This document shows positions 1 through 12,559 of a stretch of 64,000 nt of DNA, one piece after another. Where the stretch lies: the NCBI GenBank assembly GCA_030390025.1, contig CM059432.1, forward strand, positions 121,398,001 to 121,462,000, read 5' to 3'. The translations under genes were made by a program, and so were the position numbers. Below the pieces are notes generated by a model, which saw only the letters and a list, made by a program, of their open reading frames with translations, was not told the DNA's origin and made no database searches. This DNA comes from Squalus acanthias. Its lineage: Eukaryota. Position 1 is the first letter of the stretch. Each line of letters starts with the position of its first letter.

Positions 1-455
1 TGGAGACCTCAGGAACAGGCCGAGATGATCATTCATCAGACACTTCTGGCCAAAGATGATTGCAAACACTTCAGAATTTTCTGTTGTACTCACGTGTTGA
101 GCTCCGCCATCATTGAGGATAGGGATGTTCATAGAGTCTCCTCCTCATGTTAGTTGCTTGATTGTCCATCACCATTCGTGACTGGATGTGGCTGGACTGC
201 AGAGCTTTGATCTGATCCGTTGGTTGTGGGATCGCTTACCTCTGTCTATAGTATGCTACTTCCACTGTTTAGCGTGCATGTAGTCCTGCGTTGTAGCTTT
301 ACCAGTTTGGCACCTCATTTTCAGGTACGCCTGGTGCTGTAACCGACATGCTCTTCCACACTACTCATTGAACCAGGGTTGGTCATCTGGGTTGATGGTG
401 ATGGAGGAGTAAGGGACATATATACCATGAGGTTGCAGACTGTGGTTTTATACAA
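1..455 (-). mobile_element. Degenerate non-LTR retrotransposon ORF2 fragment (endonuclease-RT linker), probably same family as 15987-17945
   Basis: Minus strand reads TINPDDQPWFNE...RSHNQRIRSKLCSPATSSHEW-like LINE ORF2 sequence with disablements. Confidence 0.65.
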
Positions 456-990
456 ATCTGGCTGCTTTTATCATAGAAGTGTAAAATCTCCTTAATACAC
501 AAGTAGCAAACTCAGAAAATGTCTAATACCCAGCATTGCTGAAATCAGATCGAGCAACATCTGTCCCTTCATTCAGCAGTGAATCAGGATGATGAGCTGG
601 CTTTGCTGCAGTGTTAATAGGATATCCTACACTTTTAGTTTAGATTTCATAGTTTGAAACCGGAATCAGTCAATATATTTCAAACTCCTATTATGCAAAA
701 TAGCAGATTGAATATGCCATCTATAGTCAACTAATTGTTTATTTAATTCTGCTTTATTACTGTAATTAGTGTCTTGTTATACAGAATCGCAGTAATTGCA
801 TTCTGTGGGTTTATATGCTAGTGTGTTTAGCAATTCCCCATGAATTCATTGTGCAAGCTTAAACAGGAGAGTAAACAGTAGGCAATTCCCAATCTTCTTA
901 CAAAAATCAAATTATTGTTCATTTTTGTTTCAATGTCTCGGTCCTTCTTTGATGTTCAAGGGATTAAATGAGTCAGCAGTCTGAGACCAA

Positions 991-1578
991 GGGTAGATAT
1001 CTGTCTGGGCCTGTTTTTAGAGTATCGCACCCCAACCGAGTGGCCCAAGGCCAGCCTGAAATTGGGACTCAGGCCTCATTATCATTTCATGCGCGAGCTG
1101 CTGGCACCTGTTGTGCTTCCACAGGCAGCTCATGCATTTGAGGATCTGGAAAGGTAAGTCACGGGAGGGGCGTTGGAGCAGGCAACGACAGTGGAGGGGA
1201 CGTCTGTGGAGTCAGGTGAGCGCTCCAGCTCTTCCTGGCTCCACTGAAAAGTCTTTGTGAGCATTTGCATTAATGAAATTTACCTTTAGTTGGTGGCCCC
1301 AGTGGCCGGTGAAGAATCCTGAGCAGGGCAGTCCGAGCACTAGGCCTGCTATTGCTGCCCAATTTCTGTAAGGTGTTCTAAATCAGGGGTTAGGTGCCTT
1401 ATTTACATATGTAAGGTGCCTAACACCTGCTTTAGATGACTGCCAGGGATGCTTGAAAAATGTCTGGACTCAATTTCAGGTCAGACATTTTCCAGGCGTC
1501 TTTGGAGCACAGAATTGGGCCTCTTTGTGCCCGTCTTAGGCTGATAAAACAAGTGCAGCAAGGTTCAATCTCAAACCC
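991..1578. mobile_element. Probable degenerate non-autonomous DNA transposon (Harbinger-like MITE)
   Basis: GC-rich island bounded by GGGTAGAT... and ...AAACCC; resembles other MITEs in the window; TIRs weak. Confidence 0.35.
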
Positions 1579-3769
1579 TAAGGGGGAGAAATTTGTTTCC
1601 TTTGCGCCTCCCATTAGCGCCTCCGGGGGGGGCGATGACAGGGCGCTAAGGGCTTACCGACCAGGCGTGGCAAAATTACCGACGTCCGCGAACTTTCATG
1701 GTGGGTTAGCGCTGGCGCTAAAACTTACTGCCTCGATCTCCTGCGCCCTGGAGATCATGACGTCATCCGGTGCGCAGCGCCCCGTTATTGCCCTGGATGT
1801 AAAATTCGCTTCTGCCCCCTGCAGCATCGCTGGGTGTCAACAACAGCAGCTGCAGGAGGCGTTGTCACCTCGGCTGGCCGCTTGAGGAGCGCTAATTAAA
1901 GGCAGTGGTGGTCAGGTTGGCCAACATTTTATAATGTCCCCAGTGTGCTGTATTCTGATATTTTTTTCAGCCCGCGATTGATCAGCCCTGCACTCTCTTA
2001 GAAGGCTTGGGGCTGCTATAGAAACATAGAAACATAGAAGATAGGAGCAGGAGTAGGCCTTTCGGCCCCTCGAGCCTGTTCCGCCATTTAATGAGATCAT
2101 GGCTGATCATCCAAATTCAGTACTCTGTCCCTGCTTTCTCCCCATATCCCTTGATCCCTTTAGCCTTAAGTAATATATCTAACTCCTTCTTGAATATATT
2201 TAATGAATTGGCCTCAACTGCCTTCTGTGGAAGAGAATTCCACAGGTTCACCACTCTCTGGGTGAAGAAATTCCTCCTCATCTCTGTCCTAAATGGCTTA
2301 CCCCTTATCCTTAGATTGTGACCCCTGGTTCTGGACTCCCCCACCATCGGGAACATCCTTCCTGCATCTAGTCTGTCTAGTCCTGTTAGAATTTTATAAG
2401 TTTCAATGAGATCCCCTCTCATTCTTCTAAACTCTAGCGAATATAAGCCTAATCGACACAATCTCTCTTCATACATCATTCCTTCCATCCCAGGTATCAG
2501 TCTGGTGAATCTTCGCTGCACTCCCTCCATGGCAAGAACATCCTTCCTCAGATAAGGCGACCAAAACTGCACACAATACTCAAGGTGTGGTCTCACCAAG
2601 GCCCTGTACAACTGCAGCAAGACATCCTTGTTCCTGTACTCGAATCCTCTCGCTATGAAGGCCAACATACCATTTGCCTTCTTAACCGCCTGCTGCACCT
2701 GCATGCTTACCTTCAGCGACTGGAGCACAAGGACACCCAGGTCTCGCTGCACTTCCCCTTTTCCCAATCTATTGCCATTCAGATAATAAGCTGCCTTCCT
2801 GGTTTTGCCATCGAAGTGGATAACCTCGCATTTATCCACATTATACTGCATCTGCCATGCATCTGCCCAATCACCCAACCTGTCCAAATGATACTGGAGT
2901 TTCTCTGCATCCTCCTCACAGCACACATGCCCACCCAGCTTTGTGTCGTCTGCAAACTTGGGGATATTACATCTAGTTCCATCGTCTAGATCATTAATAT
3001 ATATTGTGAATAACTGGGGTCCTAGCACCGATCCCTGCGGTACCCCACTAATCACTGCCTGCCACTCGGAAAAAGACCCGTTTATTCCAACTCTTTGCTT
3101 CTTGTCTGCCAACCAGTTCTCTATCCAAGTCAATACCTTACCCCCAATCCCATGTGCTTTAACTTTGCATGCTAATCTCTTATGCAGGACCTTATTGAAA
3201 GCCTTCTGAAAGTCCAAATACACCACATCCACTGGTTCTCCCTTATCTATTCTACCAGTTACATCCTCAAAAAATTCCAGTAGATTAGTCAAGCATGATT
3301 TACCTTTTGTAAATCCATGTTGACGTTGTCCGATCCTGTCACTGTTTTCGAAGTGCTTTGCTATTACATCTTTTATAATGGACTCTAGCATTTTCCCCAG
3401 TACCGATGTCAGGCTTACCAGTCTATAATTCCCCATTTTCTCTCTACCACCTTTTTTAAATAGTGGGATTACATTAGCTACCCTCCAATCCATGGGAACT
3501 GTTCCAGAGTCTATAGAATTTTGGAAGATGATCAGCAATGCATCTACTATTTCTAGGGCCACTTCCTTAAGTACCCTAGGATGTAGATTATCAGGCCCTG
3601 GGGATTTATTGGCCTTCAATCCCGTCAATTTCCCTAACACCATTTCCCTACAAATACTGATTTCATTCAGATCTTCCCTCTCATTAGACCCTATCTTCCC
3701 CGACATCTCTGGGAGGTTATTTGTGTCCTCCTTTGTGAAGACAGAAGCAAAGTATGTATTTAATTGGTC

Positions 3770-3943
3770 AAAATTGAGAGGTCGCACAACACCAGGTTAT
3801 AGTCCAACAGTTTTATTTGAAATCACAAGCTTTCGGAGCTATCGATTGCTCCTTCCTCAGGTGAAGTAAATTAGATACAGAATCGCCAAAGCATATATAG
3901 ATAGAGAACAAAGCATGTGTACCTTACAATTGCAGACCACTAA
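3770..3943 (-). mobile_element. Penelope-like element terminal (pseudo-LTR) fragment inserted in CR1 ORF2
   Basis: Non-CR1 174 bp segment flanked by duplicated TGGTC (3765-3769 / 3944-3948); contains a hammerhead motif followed on the minus strand by AATAAA. Penelope assignment rests on this motif and recalled similarity. Confidence 0.75.
3823..3864 (-). ncRNA. Minimal type I hammerhead ribozyme motif
   Basis: Minus strand: TCAC-CTGAGGA-A-GGAGC-aatcgata-GCTCC-GAAA-GC-TT-GTGA = stem I, CUGANGA core, stem II, GAAA, palindromic AAGCTT stem III, UH site, stem I'. Confidence 0.75.
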
Positions 3944-5279
3944 TGGTCTGCCATTTCTTTGTTCCCCATTATAAATTCCCCTGATTCTGACTGCAAGGGA
4001 CCTACGCTTGACTTCACCAATCTTTTTCTCTTCACATATCTATAGAAGCTTTTATAGTCAGTTTTTATGTTCCCTGCAAGCTTACTCTCATACTCTATTT
4101 TCCCCCTCTTAATTAATCCCTTTGTCCTCCTTTGCTGAATCCTAAATTGCTCCCAATCCTCAAGTTTGCTGCTTTTTCTGGCCAATTTATATGTCCTCTC
4201 CTTGGATCTTATGCTATCCCTAATTTCCCTTGTTAGCCATGGTTGAGTCACATTTTTGGTTTTATTTTTATGCCAAACAGGGATGAACAAATTATGTAGT
4301 TCATCCATGTGATCTTTAAATGTTTGCCATTGCCTATCCACCATCACCCCTTTAAGTAACGTTCCCCAATCCATCCTAGCCAACTCACGCCTCATACCAT
4401 CATAGTTTCCTTTATTTAAATTCAGGACCCTCGTCTCTGAGTCAACTACTTCACTCTCCATCTTAATGAAGAATTCTATCATATTATGATCACTCCTCCC
4501 CAAGGGGCCTCGCACAACAAGATTGCTAATTAATCCTTTCTCATTACATAATACCAAGTATAAGAGGGCCTGATCTCTAGTTGGCTCCTCTGCATATTGG
4601 TCCAGGAAACCATCCCGAATACACTCTAGGAATTCCTCCGCCACAGTATTGTTACTAATTTGGTTAGCCCAATCTATATGTAGATTAAAGTCACCCATGA
4701 TAACTGCAGTGCCCTTATTGCATGCATCTCTAATTTCCCGTTTAATGCCATCCCCAACCTCAGCATTACTGTTTGGGGGTCTGTATACAACTCCCACTAA
4801 CATTTTCTGCCACTTGGTATTTCTCAGCTCAACCCATACAGATTCCATATCATCAGAGCTAATATCCTTCTTAACTATTGTGTTAATCTCCTCTTTAACC
4901 AGCAATGCTACCCCACCTCCTTTTCCTTTTTGCCTGAACTTCCTGAATATTGAATATCCCTGGATGTTGAATTCACAGCCTTGGTCACCCTGGAGCCATG
5001 TCTCCGTAATCCCAATTAAATCATATCCGTTTACATCTATTTGCGCAGCTAAATATTCCACCTTATTACGAATGCTCCTTGCATTAAGACACAAAGCCTT
5101 CAGGCTTGTTTTTTTAACACTCTTCGACCTTTTAGAATTACTGTTTACTGTGGCCATGTTTGATTTACACCCTTGATTTCTCTGATTTCCACTTTTGCTT
5201 TTCTCCTTCCTGTCTTTTGCTTCTATCCTTGCTTCCCTTTCCTCTGTCTCCCTGCACAGGTTCCCAACCCCCTGCCATT

Positions 5280-6229
5280 TTAGTTTAAACCCTCCCCAAG
5301 AGCACTAGCAAACACTCCCCCTAGGACATTGGTCCCGGTCCTGCCCAGGTGCAAACCATCCAGTTTGTACTGGTCCCACCTCCCCCAGAACTGGTTCTAA
5401 TGTCCCAGGAATTTGAATCCCTCCCCCTTGCACCATTCCTCTAGCCACGTATTCATCTGAAATATCCTTCTATTTCTACTCTGACTAGCACGTGGCACTG
5501 GTAGCAATCCTGAGATTACTACCTTTGAGGTCCTATTTTTAATTTACCTCCTAACTCCCTATATTCAGCTTTTAGGACCTCATCCCCTTTTTTTCCTATA
5601 TCGTTGGTACCTATATGCACCACGACAACTGGCTGTTCACCCTCCCCTTCCAGAATGCCCTGCAGCCGCTCCGAGACATCCTTGACCCTTGCACCAGGGA
5701 GGCAACATACCATCCTGGAGTCTCGTTAGCGGCCGCAGAAACGCCTATCTATTCCCCTTACAATAGAATCCCCTATCATTATAGCTCTCCTGCTCTTTTT
5801 CCTCCCATCCTGTGCAGCAGAACCACCCATGGTGCTAGGAAGTTGGCTGTTGCTGCCTTCCCCCGATAAGCTATCTCCCTCAACAATATCCAAAGCGTTA
5901 TATCTGTTTGAGAGGGGGATGGCCACAGGGGACTCCTGCACTACCTGCCTGTGCCTACTAATCTGCTTGGAGTTCACCCATTTCCTTCCTGCCTGTGCAG
6001 CCTTTACCTGAGGTGTGACCAACTCATTAAATGTGCTATCCATGATGTCCTCAGCATCGTGAATGCTCCAGTATGTATCCATTCGCAGCTCCAGCGCTGC
6101 AATGCGGTCTGCCAGTAGTTGCAGCTGGATACACTTCCCGCACACATGTTGGTCAGGGACACAGGAAGTGTCCCTGATTTCCCACATAGTGCAGGAGGAG
6201 CATGCCACGGGGCCGAGCTGTGCTGCCAT
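5280..6229 (-). pseudogene. CR1 ORF1 (N-terminal Cys zinc finger/coiled coil + SGNH esterase-like domain)
   Basis: CSSC...CGKC, then IGDSIVRG, CLPGA, HIGTND; premature stop at 5726-5728 and a frameshift near 5530. Confidence 0.9.
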
Positions 6230-7454
6230 GACTTACCCTTTAATTAATTTAAATTAAATTAAATCAAATCAATACCACTAATTACACTACAATTAAATGA
6301 TATACTCAAGGGCCCTTGTTTACTAGCACTCCCTGCTACACAACAGAGACCTTAGAAACTATAACCACAACATTAAGACCTTCTAAACTTTATAAACTAT
6401 TAACCTTAAATGTCAAACTATAGAGTAGTATAAATACTCACCTGCCCATACTCGCCCAATCAGCTGCTTCCTCTTTCCTGCGTCACTTTTTGAATCGTGA
6501 CGTGGCTGTGGAACGCCGCCGCCGGTCTGCAAGATTGGTAAGCCTCTATGCGTGTATCGCAGGTGCCATCGACGACCATTCCCAGCCTTAGCCTTCAATG
6601 GCCGCAGCATTGGCCCTTCCCTTTAAGGGAGGAAAGGAGCCTGTAAAACCAGCAGCGCTGCACGGAACATTGTGCAGCGCTCCGCCGCTGCCACCCCCTC
6701 ACTCATTTTAGCACTCTAAGGGAAGTGGTAGCGCTTGATTCAGCGCTCCACTTCCCTCTTGGAGCGCTAAACCAGAAGTTCTCGTCGGAATCAATTGTGT
6801 AGCGCCCAGCGATACTTTTGCACTTCCGCAAAAGTTATCGCCCCAAACGGGGCGCTACGCAATTTTTAGCCCTTAGTATCTTGAAAAGAAGTTGTAGATA
6901 AGAAAGCAGGATAGGCCCACCCACTTTATTTACTGATGAATATAAATGTGCTCTTTCATTAATCATCATGGTCTGACAGCAATGTAAATTCTTTCAGGTT
7001 TAAAACCATGTATTATATCCCTTTCAACTATTTTTCCCGCTTTAAGAAGTGGAAAGGCATTTGTAACACATTGGCATTTTTATATGGCCCGCTTGTTTTT
7101 ACTTCAACCTTGTGTGTATTGATTTCTCTCTCTTTGAAAGATGACATGGCACCAAGAGTTGTGGCATGGTCAATCACTTACAGAATCTCATACCTCAAAT
7201 CATTCACAAAGTATGGCCCTTTGTCATTATACTGCACAACAGATCAAAGCTCAGTACTTGAAAATGCCTCATTACGAGCAGTTAAAAAGTAGACCAATTA
7301 TGAGAAAGCACGTCGCTATAGAGCACAAGACTGTGAAGTTTAGTCCAGTTCAAATAAATTAAGTATCCCCTTAAAATGCACAGAGCTTGCTGCTCTTACC
7401 TGAACTCGTGTCTAATTACTTCTTCTTAGCTGCAGTCTCAGACTCTGTTTTGCA

Positions 7455-7695
7455 GAAACAACTTGCATTTGTGTAGAGCCTTTAATGTAGAAATATGACC
7501 CAAGGCCCTCCATAGAAGTATAATCAGACAAAAGTTGACGCCGAACCAAAGAATAAGACATTAGGAGGGGTGACAAAAATCTTGGTTAGAAAGAGGGGTT
7601 TTAAGCAGGCTCTAAAAGAATGAGAGGAGGGGGAGCGATGGAAAGGTTTAGGTAAATTTGGAGCAGGCTGAAGGCAAGGCCAGCAATGGTGGGGC
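7455..7695 (-). mobile_element. L2 LINE 3' fragment (degenerate)
   Basis: Similar to 8075-8330 and 33060-33310. Confidence 0.7.
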
Positions 7696-7696
7696 G

Positions 7697-7965
7697 TAAA
7701 AAATCTCATGGCACTATTGGAAGAAGAGCAGGGGAGTGCTCCTGGTGTGCTGGCCAACATTCATCCTTCAACTAACACCACCAAACAGTTTAATTGGTCA
7801 TTTATCTCACTGCAGTGTGATCTTGCTGTGCGCAAATTAGCTGCTGTGTTTCCTACATTACAACAGTAACTACACTTCAAAATGTAATACATTGGCTGTG
7901 AAACTCTTTGGGACTTCCTGAGGTCTGAAAAGCATGATATAAATGCAAGTTCTTTCTTTCTTTCT
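7697..7965 (+). mobile_element. Deu-domain SINE, 3' half
   Basis: CATGGCACTATT...GAAGAAGAGCAGGGGAG...TATAAATGCAAG matches the full copy at 18005-18462. Confidence 0.8.
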
Positions 7966-8069
7966 TCAGTTTACTAGCTATATTATGATATTGATGTTGC
8001 AGGAATATCAATCTTTTCACTCAGTTGAAGGTGCCGAATTTTGAATTCTCTGCAAACTTGCTAACACAA

Positions 8070-8785
8070 CAATAACAACTTGTATTTATATAGCGCCTTT
8101 AACATAGTAAAGCACCCCAAGGCGCTTCACAGGAGCGTTATCCAAAAAAATTTGGCACTGTGCCACATAAGGAGATATTAGGGCAGATGACCAAAAGCTT
8201 GGTCAATGAGATAGGTTTTAAGGAGCATCTTAAAAGAGGAAAGAGAGGTAGAGAGGCGGAGAGGTTTAGGGAGGAAATTTAACAGCTTCGGGCCTCGGCA
8301 ACAGAAGGCACGGCCGCCAATGGTTGAGCGATTATAATCAGGGATGCTCAAGAGGACAGAATTGGAGGAGCGCAGATATCTCGGAGGGTTGTGGGGCTGG
8401 AGGAGATTCCAGATATAGGGAGGGGTGAGGCCATGGAGGGATTTGAAAACAAGGATGAGAACTTTTAAATCGAGGCGTTGTTTAACCGGGTGGCAATGTA
8501 GGTCAGCGAGCACAGGAGTAGTGGGTGAACGAGATTTGGTGCAAGTTAGGACACGGGCAGTAGAGCTTTGAATGACTTCAAGTTTATGGAGGTAGAACGT
8601 GGGAGGCCAGCCAGGAGTGCATTGGAATAGTCATGTCTAGAGATAACAAAGGCAGGGATGAAGGTTTCAGCAGCAGATGAGCTGAGGCAGGGACGGAGTC
8701 AGGCGATATTATGAAGGTCGAAATACGTGGTCTTAGTGATGGCGTGGATATGTGGTCAGAAGCTCATCTCGGGGTCAAATATGAT
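8070..8785 (-). mobile_element. L2 LINE 3' portion
   Basis: ORF 8178-8513 (LADLH...RLDLKVLILVFKSLHGLTPPY...GGRAF...FKMLLKTYL) is the L2 ORF2 C-terminus; tail AAGGCGCTATATAAATACAAGTTGTT. Confidence 0.9.
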
Positions 8786-10132
8786 TTCCTCGATGATGTT
8801 CCTGGTGGCAGCCTGGCTCTCATTATATGAGTGCTAGGCACGAGTGTTGGGTTTGCAGTGGGGAGTCATCAGCCAGGTGCAGAGCGGATAGCAATTGTCT
8901 CCAAGCAGCCACCTTTGGGTTTGATGTGGTGGCTGGAAGATTGCTGGCACAGGATGAAGGTATCATGGTTACTGTCAGGATAGTGGGCATTGACCATCAG
9001 GAAGCACTGGGCATGATCGCACAATAACTGCACATTAAGTGAGTGGTAGCCTTTGCGGTTACAGAAGATCTCATGAATGTTATGCAGCGCCCGCAATGCC
9101 TCGTGGGTGCAGTCGATGGCGCCCTGCACCATGGGGAGGCCCACTATCCTGGCAAAGCCAAATGCGTGTTCCTCCTGCTCCTTCCTATTCAGAGAGAAGA
9201 AAAATTAGTCCCTTCTCCTGGTGTAGAGAGCCTCAGTGACCTCCCGGATGCAGCGATGGACGCTGAACTGTGAGATGTTAGCTATATCTCCTGCTGCAGA
9301 CTGGAAGGATCCACTGATGAAAAAATTGAGGGCCACGGTGACCTTGAGGGCCACTGGGAGAGCCATGGTCGCCCTGCTCTGAGGCTGCAGGAGGTGGCAG
9401 GGTTCTGTGATCACCTCCTTGCTGATGCGGAGACTCCTAATACACTGCTCCTCGCTTAAATGGATATAAGAGAAGTGCACTCGGAAGACACTAGGTGGGT
9501 AAGACCTCCTGTTGAGAGCCCTCCTGGCCCTCTTCCTCCTCCCTCTGTGCGCATCTTCTCCTCTTCTTCGCTGCCTCTGCTCCCTCTCCCACAGATACAT
9601 GAGCGCGAGGGGGACTGCCAGTAGAGCCCCCATGACTGCAAGCAAGTGTTGTGAGCAGAAGCCTTTAAATAAAAATGAAGGCGTTCTCTGCTCCCAACAC
9701 TCCCTGTTACCTTAGGACCTTGAAAGAGGTTTAGAAGGCTGCTGGAGTTGCAGAAAGTTCCACAGAGCTATTCAAACTGAAGAAACATGTCAGCTGCAAG
9801 TTGTTGCTGATGATCCCTTTAAATACCGTTGCCGAGCCTCCTTCCTGCTTGTCAACACTTGTTCAGCCGGTTGCAGTTCAGGCATGCCGGTAAGTGTAGC
9901 GCCGAAGTTGAAAATGGCAGATCAGGCGTCAAGTAAGCGTTGCACACTCACCGACGTCACGATCTGCATAATTTACATAATTTTCGCGAGCACGGACATC
10001 TGCAGCGCTGCCACCCAGCCGAAAATGGTGACCACTGTGGGACCCGCTGGCAGCGCGTGGAAGTGCAGCCGCCATTTTTTTCCTCCGAATTGGGCGGCAA
10101 CAGCCTGCGCTAAACATCCAAAATTTTAACCC
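8786..10132 (-). mobile_element. Truncated Harbinger transposon with degenerate transposase (about 9635-8790)
   Basis: LPVALKVTVALNFFISGSFQ, VQGAIDCTH, NRKGYHSLNVQLLCD; terminus ...AAATTTTAACCC followed by TAA. Confidence 0.85.
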
Positions 10133-10154
10133 TAAGTCTTCCTACATACTCATT

Positions 10155-10245
10155 TTTCAGTGACTGTAAAGCGTTTTAGGATGCCCTGAGCTCGTGAAAG
10201 GCGCTATATAAATGCAAGTCTTTCTTTGTTTCTTACTTTCTTTCT
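10155..10245 (+). mobile_element. Deu-SINE/L2-type 3' tail fragment
   Basis: TGTAAAGCG...GTGAAAGGCGCTATATAAATGCAAGTCTTTCTT. Confidence 0.75.
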
Positions 10246-10849
10246 TTCCCACTGATATCAACACAAGTACTTCCAAATCAGGTATAGCACAGGTTAAAGA
10301 AGGGTAAAATCAATTTGCAAAGTGGGGGACAGCTTCCTCTGTGAATTATTGGTAGAAAAATCATGAATAATTTCAGAAATATTTCTGCTATTTGTAATGA
10401 AACCATAAATGAGTATAAGGAACATGTTTACAATTTTGTTACAAATAGGGGAATCACGGAAATCTTCTTCCATTGTGTCTTAACCTCAAACATCAGAAGA
10501 GCACGACCCCCACGCACAACTGAGACATTTTCTATTACACACCAATCATCCATATGAGCTCTCTGAATGAGATTATTTATTTTAGTGCAGGTTTTGTATT
10601 GTGGGCCTGTGCCTAAGAGGAACTGAAGGGTTGACTTCCTCTGTGTTCTATGTGTAACAAGATCCTAAACTTATTTTTATGAAAGATTTTACTATTGCGT
10701 TACACAAAATACACAGAGGACATGATCTTTCTGGGCTGAGATTATCCAGCATCATTTCACTTAGGACTCTTACATTCAACTGAGAGAGAAAACTTTTATC
10801 TAATCAGCCGGGGCTGGATTTAAATCACAAGTGCCCAAGATGAAACACC

Positions 10850-12068
10850 TATGGCTAAGTTGGTAGCACACTTGCCTCTGAGTCAGAAGGTTGTGGGTTC
10901 ACAGACCCACTCCAAGGAACTTGAGCACAAAAATCTAGGCTAACACTCCAGTGCAATACTGAGGTAGTGCTGCACTGTCGGAGGTGCCGTCTTTCAGATG
11001 AGACATTAAACAGGTGGACGTAAAAGATCCCAAGGCACTATTTCGAAGAAGAGCAGGGGAGTTATCCCCGGTGTGCTGGCCAATATTTATCCCTCAACCA
11101 ACATAACAAAAACAGATTTTTGGGCCAGAAATTCGGGTCTCCACGGGTGAGTACGCGCTGTGTACTCACCCGTAGACCCAACGAAAGTGCCGGTTTTGCG
11201 CATGCACTGCGCATGCGCTGGAAACCGGAACTTCCGTTCCCTTGAAGGAAGGGGTTCGGAGGTCAAACGCGTGCGCCGGAGAGACAGCGCGCACGCAACG
11301 GACTTCGGGTTTTCTTTCAGGTTTCTCCGTGAGGGTAAGTCCCTAGCAGCTGCATGGGGAAAAAGCAGGCGCAAGGCCTGCCTTTAACAAAGTAAGTGGT
11401 GAATTAAGTAAAATTAAAACATTTTTTCCACAGGTTTATTATTTTTAAATACTTTAAAGAAAGGTAAGTTTATTTTTAGCACTGTTAAAAACTGTAATTA
11501 ATTTTTTCAAAAATTTAAATTGTTTAAAATAGTTATTTTGTGTAATTTATAGTTATTTTAAAAATGTGATGTTTTTTAAAAAATTTATTTGAAGTTTTAG
11601 TAAGGTTTTGGGGCTGATCTCTATTCATAGATATGACAGGTCTTCCTGTCAAATCTATGAATGGAGATTCCCTGCTCCGATTGACTCCCCATGGCCCACG
11701 TGATCCCAGGGGACGCTTCGAACTAACTGCGCCCCTGGGATACACAAGCACTGCACACCGGCAGCTGGAGGAGGCCCAGGATCGGAATCCCATGTGGGCC
11801 CACAGCACAACGGCAGGCGCGTTAGGTAAGTGCAGGTTGGGGGCTTGCACCCACAGGAAGCCTCCGACCCGAATTTCTGGCCCATTATGTGGTCATTATC
11901 ACATTGCTGTTTGTGGGACCTTGCTGTGTGCAAATTGTCTTCTACGTTTCCTATATTACAACAGTGACTCCACTTCAAAAGTACTTTGTTGGGTGTAAAG
12001 CGCTTTGAGATGTCCAGTGGTCATGAAAGGCGCTATATAAATGCAAGTCTTTCTTTCTTCTTTCTTTT
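10850..12068 (+). mobile_element. tRNA-derived Deu-domain SINE (SacSINE1-like) split by a MITE
   Basis: tRNA-like head with A/B-box-like motifs, Deu core GCACTGTCGGAGGTGCCGTCTTTC; resumes at ~11884 with ...GGTCATTATCACATTGCTG and the L2-type tail. Confidence 0.9.
11122..11883. mobile_element. Non-autonomous Harbinger-like MITE
   Basis: Perfect 18 bp TIR GGGCCAGAAATTCGGGTC; AT-rich centre; related copy in reverse orientation at 37805-38456. Confidence 0.9.
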
Positions 12069-12559
12069 TAACCCGCTGCACAACCAGGAGGCCATCTTAA
12101 TTATTTTTCTGTTGTTCCCTATTTAATATTGTTGTTTTACTGTTATTTCCGTTGACAAGTATCCAAACTCATGGGATAGATTTAGAACAGATCCAGCAGC
12201 TCAATACTGGGCATCCAAGAGGCGCTGTGGGCCATCAGCAGCAGCAGAATTGTATTCCACCACAACCTATAACCTCATGGCCTGGCATAGCTCTCACTCT
12301 ACCATTAACATCAAGTCAGGGGACCAACCAAGCCCCACAAGGAAAGCTTAATCTCCCCTGCTCAGGACTCCCCCCTTCCCGAACACAACATCCCTGTGAG
12401 ACCCCTCTGGAACTTGATCCCGCCAGATTTCTTGTGTTGCCGGCGCTTTTCCGCAGGCCACTTCCCGCCAAGACCTTGCCCACTCCAGCCAAGCAATGGA
12501 CCGGTGGCAGGTTAATGAGACCCAGACTGGCTCAAATTACTCATATGGCAGCACTTCTC

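Larger units (their letters stand above)
2117..5157 (-). pseudogene. CR1 ORF2 (APE endonuclease + reverse transcriptase), interrupted at 3770-3943
   Basis: ORF 3940-5157 has NARS, GITETW, MGDFN, SDHN endonuclease motifs; ORF 2117-3787 has YLDFQKAF, GVPQGSVLGP, KFADDTK; the halves join in frame as EMAD-QLNTYF once the insert is removed. Confidence 0.95.
2020..6545 (-). mobile_element. Full-length CR1 LINE
   Basis: 5'UTR, ORF1, ORF2, 3'UTR and a short (TTCTATGT)n-type tail at ~2020-2040; candidate CTAT target duplication at 2016-2019 / 6546-6549. Confidence 0.95.
1582..6872. mobile_element. Non-autonomous Harbinger-like element split by a full-length CR1 (arms 1582-2019 and 6546-6872)
   Basis: Ends GGGGGAGAAATT... 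and ...AATTTTTAGCCC, flanked by TAA/TTA; left arm resembles 34668-35050. Confidence 0.65.

Noticed and set aside
1460..1885. 141 aa ORF
   Set aside because: Crosses a junction between two repeats; no recognisable domain
2091..5176. Plus-strand ORFs (2091, 2585, 2943, 3492, 4649) and similar ones at 61475-63987
   Set aside because: Antisense shadows of CR1 ORF2
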